A stretch of 64,000 bases of DNA from Bacteroidales bacterium (GTDB lineage Bacteria > Bacteroidota > Bacteroidia > Bacteroidales > UBA3824): assembly GCA_045628165.1 (NCBI GenBank), contig JAZQPB010000156.1:17367-81366 (forward strand). The letters are read 5' to 3'. A model generated the notes under the pieces. That model did no database searches. It saw nothing but the letters and a program-made list of their open reading frames with translations, and had not been told where the DNA came from. A program made the translations under genes and the position numbers. Shown piece by piece: positions 26,471 through 33,790 of the stretch; the first letter of the stretch is position 1; each line of letters starts with the position of its first letter.

Positions 26471-27763
26471 ATGGCGAAAAAGAAGTCCGTCGATACAATC
26501 CCCATAAGGGAGCGCATACAGAAGATTGTGGAAGGCTGGTTCCTGAGCGAGCCCGCCCTCTTCGAGATATACTGTAGCCATCAGTTGAAGGAGAACCCTA
26601 AGATGGCCTGCTGTGCCCGCACTGGAAAAGGCCTCATCGAATACAATCCCGCACTTCTCGAAAACTGGAAAGACGACCACATAGAGTCGGCCCTCAGGAT
26701 AGAGGTGATCAGGATAATGCTGAAGCATCCATACGAGCGTCAGCCAGAGAACGTTAGCGCCGAGGCGAAAACTCTCGGTAGCGACTGCACCATCAGCAAC
26801 TACTACCCTGGGATAATGGCATCCAACATTCTCGATATGGCCACTCCAGAGCAATTCGACCTCCCCGGCGACCAATACTTTGAATGGTACGCGCGCGAGA
26901 TCTACAAGAAGTTGCAGACCGACAAATCTCAGCAGAAAACTCAAGCCGAGGACAACAACAGCCCTGACCGTCAGGAACAAAATGACTCTGACTCGCCCTC
27001 CAGCAACTCCACCTCCGAGCAGAGCAACAAGCAAGCCAAGGGCGGTAGCCAGTACGACGAAGAGTCAGACGGCCAAAACCAGGACAATGCCAAATCTCAG
27101 CAGTCGGGCCTTTGGGAAGAGGACGAGATGAGACAACAGGAGATAAACGAAACTATCTCTAAGATAAAGAATTGGGGCAACATACCTGGAGATATGGTTG
27201 AATACATAAAAGCCTCCACCAAGGCCAAGATCGACTACAGGAAAATACTCCAGGGATTCCGCGCCAGCATAATATCGAGCCGACGCTCACTCACACGAAT
27301 GCGTCCCAACCGAAGGACAGGATTCCAGAACATGGGAAGCATTTACAAGTTCTCGACCTCGGTCTTGGTGGCCGTTGACGTGAGCGGATCTGTAAACGAC
27401 CGCACTCTCGCCAACTTCTACGGCGTGATAAACAACGCCTTCAAATACGGAATAGAGCGGATAGACGTGATGCAGTTCGACTGCGTGGCCCACGAGATTG
27501 TGGAGTTCCGCAAGAGGAAAAATACTGTGGAGATTCACGGACGCGGTGGCACGAGTTTCCAATGCGTGATAGATGTCGCAGCCAGCCATGTGCCAGCATA
27601 CGACGGCCTGATAATACTGACCGACGGATACGCCCCTATACCAAACATACCCTCCCATTTCCCGACCAAGATACTCTGGGTGCTTCAGGACGAGGATTCG
27701 TACAAGAGCAAGGCCGAGGGTCTGTCCGCAACGGGCCGAGTCTGTGTCATGAACTTAGGATAA
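26471..27763 (+). CDS. VWA-domain protein with DUF2201-like N-terminal (degenerate metallopeptidase-like) region and an acidic low-complexity linker
   Basis: C-terminal MIDAS motif VAVDVSGSVND followed by ILTDGYA. The N-terminal segment EVIRIMLKHPYERQ sits where this family usually has HExxH. The linker is rich in Q/S/D/N. Confidence 0.7.
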   Translation: MAKKKSVDTIPIRERIQKIVEGWFLSEPALFEIYCSHQLKENPKMACCARTGKGLIEYNPALLENWKDDHIESALRIEVIRIMLKHPYERQPENVSAEAKTLGSDCTISNYYPGIMASNILDMATPEQFDLPGDQYFEWYAREIYKKLQTDKSQQKTQAEDNNSPDRQEQNDSDSPSSNSTSEQSNKQAKGGSQYDEESDGQNQDNAKSQQSGLWEEDEMRQQEINETISKIKNWGNIPGDMVEYIKASTKAKIDYRKILQGFRASIISSRRSLTRMRPNRRTGFQNMGSIYKFSTSVLVAVDVSGSVNDRTLANFYGVINNAFKYGIERIDVMQFDCVAHEIVEFRKRKNTVEIHGRGGTSFQCVIDVAASHVPAYDGLIILTDGYAPIPNIPSHFPTKILWVLQDEDSYKSKAEGLSATGRVCVMNLG

Positions 27764-27770
27764 TAAAAAA

Positions 27771-27810
27771 AATGCGCAACCCTGTATCCTGCAGAGTTGC
27801 GCATTTCTAT
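27771..27810 (+). terminator. Intrinsic terminator
   Basis: AATGCGCAAC/GTTGCGCATT stem followed by TCTATT. Confidence 0.6.
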
Positions 27811-27817
27811 TAGTTGG

Positions 27818-27847
27818 TATCAGCTGAAATGATATCAGCTGAAATGA
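27818..27847. repeat. Exact 15-nt tandem duplication TATCAGCTGAAATGA x2 carrying the abundant motif
   Basis: Read directly from the sequence. It is flanked by the 8-nt direct repeat TTAGTTGG at 27810-27817 and 27855-27862. Confidence 0.85.
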
Positions 27848-27854
27848 AAAAAAC

Positions 27855-28454
27855 TTAGTTGGAAGATGGCATAAGTCTGTTGCCGCCGATGGTGATGTAG
27901 CCGGGGTAACGAACCACTGAGTTGCCGATGGCGAGATAAGGCTTCAGGGAGAGTTTTACGCGGCTCTTGGCCTTATCGTTGCCGGCAAGACCGCAGGCTG
28001 TACTTACGAGCTTGTCTTTACCGTTTGAGGATAGAATCTCGTAGAGATCGAATGTGAAGGTAACAGGCATCACGGTCTGCTCGTTGGCGGAGAGCTGGAT
28101 TCGCTTGGTCATGGATCCGGCTGTCATCTTCATATCATCTATCCAGAGAATGTACTCGAAACCATCGAGACGGGCTATCGACTGATTGGGATTCCTGACA
28201 TCCACATTCACATTCAGGGAGAGAGGAAAAGATTTTGATGCAAAAGCGTTGGCAATCTTGAGGCCGTCCTGAAGATTGAAGTCCTTGAGGCCCTTCTTGT
28301 TGCCCACCACAATATTGCAGAGCGACACATCCGACACGCTGTTGTAATCGAAATCGCACTTGGCGAAATTGGCAATGCCCGAGATGGCCTTGCAGCCCAC
28401 AAAGGCAAACATGATAACGGCTGCAAGAGCCAAAAGTGTAAGTCTTTTTGTCAT
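27855..28454 (-). CDS. Lipoprotein, LEA_2/WHy-like fold suspected
   Basis: Lipobox FVGC after a signal peptide. The beta-rich segment LSLNVNVDVRNPN...FEYILWIDD resembles LEA type-2 proteins. Confidence 0.5.
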   Translation of the reverse strand: MTKRLTLLALAAVIMFAFVGCKAISGIANFAKCDFDYNSVSDVSLCNIVVGNKKGLKDFNLQDGLKIANAFASKSFPLSLNVNVDVRNPNQSIARLDGFEYILWIDDMKMTAGSMTKRIQLSANEQTVMPVTFTFDLYEILSSNGKDKLVSTACGLAGNDKAKSRVKLSLKPYLAIGNSVVRYPGYITIGGNRLMPSSN

Positions 28455-28490
28455 AATTCTGTCGTGTTTAATATTAATAATAATGGGATT

Positions 28491-29465
28491 CTATTTGTCG
28501 CGGTTTACCACGTATTCAGCTAATAGTATAAGCGCACGGCGGGCCTCTGTATCAGGAAATTCCTTGATGATGGCTACTGCCTTGTCTTTCAGCTCGTTCA
28601 TCTTGGCCACCGAATATTCTACTCCACCTGAGTTTTTCACGAAATCCACTATCTGCTTGATATCGGCCGACGATTTGGATTTCTTCCTGAAGAGCGAGTA
28701 TATGCTCTTGCGCTCCATAAACTTTGCGTTGTTTACCGAGTATATTACGGGCAATGTAAGCTTGCGCTCCTGTATGTCGTTGTATTTCGGCTTGCCTATA
28801 ATGCCGGTGTGCTGATAGTCAAAGAGGTCGTCCTTTATCTGGAATGCTATTCCTATCAGAATGCCGAATTCCTTGAACTTAGCCACCACATCGGGGCCGG
28901 CTCCGCTGCTGAAGGCTCCGGCCTCGCAGCAGGCCGAGATAAGCGCGCCGGTCTTCTTGCGTATTATCTCGAAATACGATTCCTCATCTATATTCAGTTT
29001 GTTGGCCTTTTCCAGCTGATCGAGCTCGCCCTCGCTCATATCGCGCACGGCCTGCGATACTATCCTCAGGATATCGGTCTGATTGGTATCGAGGCTCAGC
29101 AGCAGGCCCCGCGAGAGAAAATAATCTCCCGTAAGCACTGCCGTCTTGGCCTTCCACAATGCGAATATCGAGAAAAATCCGCGGCGGTAGAAACTCTCAT
29201 CCACCACATCATCGTGGATGAGGGTAGCGGTATGCAGCAGCTCTATGAGCGCGGCGGCCACCATCGTGGAATCGGTGGAGCCTCCTGCCACCTTGGAGCA
29301 CAGGAATACAAGCATAGGCCTCATCTGCTTGCCTTTGGTCTTCAGCGAATACCTGATGACAAAATTGAGCAGACGGCTCTTGGAACGCATCACGTTCTCG
29401 AAATATGGGACGAATCTTTCCATCTCGTCCTTTATGGGTGCTTTTATCTGGTCTATTACCGCCAT
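28491..29465 (-). CDS. Polyprenyl diphosphate synthase (octaprenyl-diphosphate-synthase-like, second paralogue)
   Basis: Two DDxxD motifs: LIHDDVVDES and FQIKDDLFD; 324 aa. Confidence 0.85.
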   Translation of the reverse strand: MAVIDQIKAPIKDEMERFVPYFENVMRSKSRLLNFVIRYSLKTKGKQMRPMLVFLCSKVAGGSTDSTMVAAALIELLHTATLIHDDVVDESFYRRGFFSIFALWKAKTAVLTGDYFLSRGLLLSLDTNQTDILRIVSQAVRDMSEGELDQLEKANKLNIDEESYFEIIRKKTGALISACCEAGAFSSGAGPDVVAKFKEFGILIGIAFQIKDDLFDYQHTGIIGKPKYNDIQERKLTLPVIYSVNNAKFMERKSIYSLFRKKSKSSADIKQIVDFVKNSGGVEYSVAKMNELKDKAVAIIKEFPDTEARRALILLAEYVVNRDK

Positions 29466-29508
29466 CTTTTTTTTGAAATGTATGAAAAAAATATTTGAAA
29501 TCAGAAAA

Positions 29509-29524
29509 CAAAGTTATAAATTTG
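29509..29524. promoter_or_regulatory. Back-to-back divergent -7 boxes (CAAAGTTA | TAAATTTG)
   Basis: The minus-strand TAACTTTG lies 44 nt from ATG 29465. The plus-strand TAAATTTG lies 42 nt from ATG 29566. Confidence 0.45.
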
Positions 29525-29565
29525 TTGTTACAAAAAAATTAAAACAAGCCAAAAAAAGTTAAGGC

Positions 29566-30174
29566 ATGAAAAAAAAGTTTTTCAGGCCGTCGCAGGGCAA
29601 GATTATCTCGCCGCTGCCGATAGACGGGGACGAATTTGCCGATATGGTTTGCGCCCGGCTCGATGCAGAGAGCGTACGGCATCTGCCCGGCGGAAGCATC
29701 AGGATATCGGTGCGCGGCAAGATCCTGCCCATCGGCTACAATGTGGATATCAGGCTCAGGCACAGACGAATACAATACAGTTTCGGCACCGAGAATATAT
29801 TCATGGCCGTAATAGTGGCCACATTTGCCGGTCTGCTGATATACAAGGGCCGGCTCGACACCTACATATTCTGGGCCGGCGCAATATCGGGCCTCATATT
29901 CTGGATCCACAATGTACTCACCCACGGCAGGATATCGGCCGCCATAAGGTCGGTATTGCCCAGTGCAGCTAATGGCGTGAATACATCAGGCAGCAATTCC
30001 GGATGCAGCATTACGTATCAGAAGCGCTGCCCGGCGTGCGGAAGTCCCGTTACAGGATTCGGGTCGGCGTGCGGCGACTGCGGAATATCGCTAAGGGCCT
30101 CACAGGAAAGCAGTTCACGTTTTCCGGGATACAGGCTCAAGTATTTTTACAAAAAAAATACGGAAAATTCTTAG
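29566..30174 (+). CDS. Small membrane protein with C-terminal zinc ribbon, function unknown
   Basis: Two hydrophobic helices (IFMAVIVATFAGLLIY, IFWAGAISGLIFWI) and CPACG...CGDCG. It has its own -7 box. Confidence 0.5.
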   Translation: MKKKFFRPSQGKIISPLPIDGDEFADMVCARLDAESVRHLPGGSIRISVRGKILPIGYNVDIRLRHRRIQYSFGTENIFMAVIVATFAGLLIYKGRLDTYIFWAGAISGLIFWIHNVLTHGRISAAIRSVLPSAANGVNTSGSNSGCSITYQKRCPACGSPVTGFGSACGDCGISLRASQESSSRFPGYRLKYFYKKNTENS

Positions 30175-30288
30175 GGTAAACGCAGAATTGCGTGTTACAT
30201 ATATAAAATCACAGATTTGGCTGACTTACTTAATACCTAATATTGAAAAAGGGAACCCGCAGTGATGCGCGTTCCCTTTATTTTTTTG

Positions 30289-30693
30289 CTATGCCTTAGG
30301 ATTCTTTTTCCTGATGATGCTCTCTATCTGGGCCAGAATGTTCCTCATAGAGTTTTCGATAGTGGCAAAATCTATCAGGTTTCTCGACTTGTATACAAAG
30401 CCGATATTGAAATTGAGTCCCGTATCGGCGGCGGCCTGCATTATGGAGTGCTTGTTGATGCGGTAAGCCTCGCGGATTACCCTCTTCATCCTGTTGCGGT
30501 CCACAGCATGCTTGAAATAGTGCTTGCCTACGGATACAAGAATCTGCGGGGCCGGTATGTCGTCCGGTCCTGCTATGCGGTAATATACCGTGCACGGAAA
30601 CACCCAGAGGCTCTTGCCCTTGGTGAACAGTTTCTCGGTACGTACCACACTCTTGAGCTTCTCCTCGCGTGGGAGTCCGTTACGTTTCTGCAA
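30289..30693 (-). CDS. rnpA: Ribonuclease P protein component
   Basis: LPREEKLKSVVRTEKLFTKGKS N-terminus and basic KHAVDRNRMKRVIREAYR segment. The ORF track implies a TTG start. Confidence 0.75.
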   Translation of the reverse strand: MQKRNGLPREEKLKSVVRTEKLFTKGKSLWVFPCTVYYRIAGPDDIPAPQILVSVGKHYFKHAVDRNRMKRVIREAYRINKHSIMQAAADTGLNFNIGFVYKSRNLIDFATIENSMRNILAQIESIIRKKNPKA

Positions 30694-30711
30694 TTCTTGG
30701 TTATTGATAGA

Positions 30712-31470
30712 TTATTTCTTCTTGTTGTTGGCCACGATGTATTTCTCGAGGGCCATTGTCATGCTCTTGCACTCCTCGGTAGGGGCCTCGATGTCGAGAC
30801 GGTATCCGAGTTTCTTAACCTCGTCCTGGGTGGACGGGCCGAAAGCCGCAATCCTGGTATCGCCCTGCTCCCACTCCGGGAAATTCTCGTGGAGGCTTCT
30901 GATACCTGCCGGGGTAAAGAATACAAGCACGTGCGAGTTCTGGAATGTATCCTTGATGTCGGAGAGATCGTCGCTTACAGTCTTGTAGAGCACTATCTCC
31001 TTGTGCTTCACCTTCAGCTTGTCGAAAAACTTGGGAATCTCGTCGCTCGATACGTCGCCGTGCACCACGAGAGTAGGCGCATCAAGATGCTTCTTGATAG
31101 TGTCGGTAAGCTCGGTAACATTCTTGGTTCCGTAGAATATCTTACGCTTGCGGAATATGATGTATCTCTGCAGATAGAGCGCTATCGACTCTGTGGAGCA
31201 GTAATACAGCATATCCTCGGGAACTTGGAACTTGGTTTCCTTGGCAAACTGGAAGTAAGTATCTATGCCGATCTTGCTGGTGAATACTACGGCCTTGAAG
31301 TCTGAAAGCACAATATGCTGGGCTCTGAACTCCTTGGAGGTAACACCCTCTACCTTGATGAACTTGCGGAACTCAAGGTTCAGTTTCAACTTTTCTGCCA
31401 ATGCAACGTATGGGTTGCCTTTGGGCTCTGCTGGCTTTGGCTGCGACACCAATAGACTTGAAATCTTCAA
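30712..31470 (-). CDS. Uroporphyrinogen-III synthase-like (HemD family) protein
   Basis: The N-terminus KISSLLVSQPKP and the two-lobe layout with AVVFTS are typical of the Bacteroidales HemD-like gene that sits next to rnpA. TTG start. Confidence 0.65.
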   Translation of the reverse strand: MKISSLLVSQPKPAEPKGNPYVALAEKLKLNLEFRKFIKVEGVTSKEFRAQHIVLSDFKAVVFTSKIGIDTYFQFAKETKFQVPEDMLYYCSTESIALYLQRYIIFRKRKIFYGTKNVTELTDTIKKHLDAPTLVVHGDVSSDEIPKFFDKLKVKHKEIVLYKTVSDDLSDIKDTFQNSHVLVFFTPAGIRSLHENFPEWEQGDTRIAAFGPSTQDEVKKLGYRLDIEAPTEECKSMTMALEKYIVANNKKK

Positions 31471-31538
31471 AATTCTGCTTGTTTAAGTAAATAATTATCT
31501 CTCTACCCCACCCTCCGTGGATGCTACCTAACTCATTA

Positions 31539-32732
31539 TCAAAGGGATAGGATTTTGATAGCGAGTAATACCGGCAAAATTTCCACGCCGCAAAGGTACA
31601 AAAACAAATAAAAATATGAAAAATGTTTATCAAATATAATTTTAATTAGCCTAAAAATTTTTAAAAACTCGGCTACAGCACATCCTACGAGGGTTGCCAC
31701 GAACACAAAATCGTGGATTCCCTGCTTGTTTATGTAAAAACTCATGATATTAGCTACCAGGAGAAACACTCCCGTGGCCTGCATCAGATACGATACATTG
31801 TGGTAATAGCTCGTAAAAACATCCTTGCAGCCGAAGAGCTGTGCCATGAAAAACGATATCACCGACTTTACGGCGTATACGGCCAGCACCAGCACTATGA
31901 GCGCCACAAAAGACAGCGCAAAATCCATGGGCAGCTGATAGCCGTATCTATACACGGCCACTATCACCAGCAGGGATACGCTCAGCAGATAGTTTATGAA
32001 CAGGAGGGCTCCGCTGCGGTCGGCATTCATGTTGCGCTCGCGCTGACGGTTGAGGAATGCGTTGTGGAACACCGTAACGCTGAATATCCTGGATATGTAG
32101 CCCTCGTGATTGAACATGGCGAGCAATACCAGCACTATGCCAAGCGCTATCGGCACTATCACACCCCACGGATACTGCTCCTGTATGGGGTCGGTGTTCA
32201 GGTCGATATGGAAATGCGGAGGCAGCGGCTTGCGGAGGTCTATGTTCCTGGCCCTGATGCCGAACTGTTTTACGGTGTAGTCGTCGAGATTGCGTGTGTC
32301 GAACGGCAGAAACATCGACATGGAATCGCGCCGGGACAGCCGGTGGAGATCGCCGGAGAGATACATGGGCGATGTAACATCGGGCCTCATCTTTACGTAA
32401 AACTCCAGCTTGTCGCTCTTAACCAACGGAGGCACAGGATTCTGCGCATTCAGATAATTGGCCGGCAATGTGAAGAGACGCCGCTGCGGAGCCCTCGGCA
32501 CTCCGGACGGGCGGATATCAGAGTTTTCGCCATCAGCTGAAATGGATGATGATATATTGCCATCAGCTGAAACAAAAAATCCATACCGCTCCCAGAATGG
32601 GACGGCGCAATCATGGCCGGATGTGTAATAGACAAACGATGTGGAATCGCACGGCACGGGCTGCCAGCTAATAGCAAGACCAAGCCTGCTAATGGCCAGT
32701 ATAAGCAAAATCATTACCGCTAATTTCCTCAT
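31539..32732 (-). CDS. DUF4271-like polytopic membrane protein
   Basis: Signal/TM at the N-terminus and about 6 TM helices in the C-terminal half. Its position upstream of the HemD-like gene and rnpA matches the Bacteroidales synteny I recall. Confidence 0.6.
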   Translation of the reverse strand: MRKLAVMILLILAISRLGLAISWQPVPCDSTSFVYYTSGHDCAVPFWERYGFFVSADGNISSSISADGENSDIRPSGVPRAPQRRLFTLPANYLNAQNPVPPLVKSDKLEFYVKMRPDVTSPMYLSGDLHRLSRRDSMSMFLPFDTRNLDDYTVKQFGIRARNIDLRKPLPPHFHIDLNTDPIQEQYPWGVIVPIALGIVLVLLAMFNHEGYISRIFSVTVFHNAFLNRQRERNMNADRSGALLFINYLLSVSLLVIVAVYRYGYQLPMDFALSFVALIVLVLAVYAVKSVISFFMAQLFGCKDVFTSYYHNVSYLMQATGVFLLVANIMSFYINKQGIHDFVFVATLVGCAVAEFLKIFRLIKIIFDKHFSYFYLFLYLCGVEILPVLLAIKILSL

Positions 32733-32764
32733 CGTTTGACTATTTTGGTAAAAAAATCAGAGTA

Positions 32765-32772
32765 CAAATATA
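32765..32772 (-). promoter_or_regulatory. -7 promoter box (TATATTTG on minus strand)
   Basis: TAnnTTTG match 33 nt upstream of ATG 32732. Confidence 0.45.
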
Positions 32773-32802
32773 TTAATCTATTTTGTATAGTGCAAAATTA
32801 TT

Positions 32803-33700
32803 TTATTCCGGCTCGTAATAATTGGCCTGAGGCGTCTCCTGAGACTGCTCCGGCTCCGGGTAACGCTCCTGGTAATTGAGCAGGCAGACTACAGCCTCCA
32901 CATCGTCGATACTGCATACTGCGGTGTTGCCGTTGTCGTATTTTGCAAACTTGGTCTTGAATTCGTACCGGCCCGTAAGCATGTTTTTCTCGTAGAGTCC
33001 GGCGCGGAGCACTTCCCGGTGGCCGGTAACCACGCGGCGCATCTTGTGCTTGCCTATATTGTATCCTATCTCCTCAGTTACGGTCTTGTAATAGAGTGGA
33101 CGCTTGGGCTGATACTGCGGAAACTCGCGGTATTCCTTCTCCACGGTGCCGTTTACATCGCGTTTCATGAATCCGAATGCCGACTTGCGGATATCATCGC
33201 TGGTACCGTATGCCACACGGCCGGTCTGTCCGTTGATTACGAGCCACTTGCCATCAGCTCCATCTATCCTCATTACATACATGGGCAGATACACAGTATT
33301 GAAAATGAGGCTGGTCTCGGTCTCGTATTCATGCGAGAGGCTGAATTTTCTGTTCTCTTTGCCGAAAGTCTCGGCCACAAACGGGGAGTATACGCTGCCG
33401 GTCTCCTCCACGGTGCGGCTCATCACGTCATCCATGGTGATATCGGGCAGGAGCATCCGCTGTCCGGCTGTATATGCGAAATCGAACGGCACTACGTCTG
33501 AAGTGTCGAACGGTTCGGCGCTTGGTGAGCTTTATCTTCTGGTCGGCATCAAACTCGGCGTTGCGCTTATTGGCCGACTTGGTGACCTCCGATGCCAGAG
33601 TATCGCTGCCGCACGATGCGCAATGGTAGTTTTGATATATTATATTGTATTCCAGCGGATATCCGCACTTGGAACAGTGTAATGAGAAAAAGTCGTTCAT
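32803..33700 (-). pseudogene. Decayed paralogue of the double-zinc-ribbon family (internal deletion plus frame change)
   Basis: The N-terminal fragment (33700-33428) keeps the first ribbon, CSKCG...CASCG, and ...DQKIKLTKR. At about 33518-33523 the reading frame switches, and the second fragment (33492-32803) resumes in another frame at AEPFDTSDVVPFDFAY. About 150 aa present in the two neighbours are missing, and there is no C-terminal TM segment. Confidence 0.7.
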
Positions 33701-33728
33701 ATTTTTTTTACAGTTTGTTATTTATTAC

Positions 33729-33790
33729 GTTATCAGCTGATATACAAATAAATGTTATCAGCTGATATACAAATAAATGATATCAGCTGA
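33729..33790. repeat. 25-nt tandem duplication GTTATCAGCTGATATACAAATAAAT x2 plus a partial third copy
   Basis: Exact repeat read directly from the sequence. The partial third copy overlaps the stop codon of the 488-aa gene. Confidence 0.85.

Noticed and set aside
26147-27034. 295-aa minus-strand ORF
   Set aside because: It spans the junction of the AAA_5 and VWA genes on the opposite strand. It has no start context and a V/L/G/H-rich composition.
26950-27130. Q/S/D/N-rich stretch as a separate repeat element or gene
   Set aside because: It is in frame and continuous with the VWA protein. It is a compositionally biased linker rather than a nucleotide tandem repeat.
30262-31305. 347-aa plus-strand ORF
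   Set aside because: Antisense to rnpA and the HemD-like gene, both of which I recognise.
33729-33790. Possible CRISPR array (also considered for 25046-25148 and 27818-27847)
   Set aside because: There are only 2-3 directly abutting repeat copies, no unique spacers, units of 15-35 nt, and no cas genes in the window.
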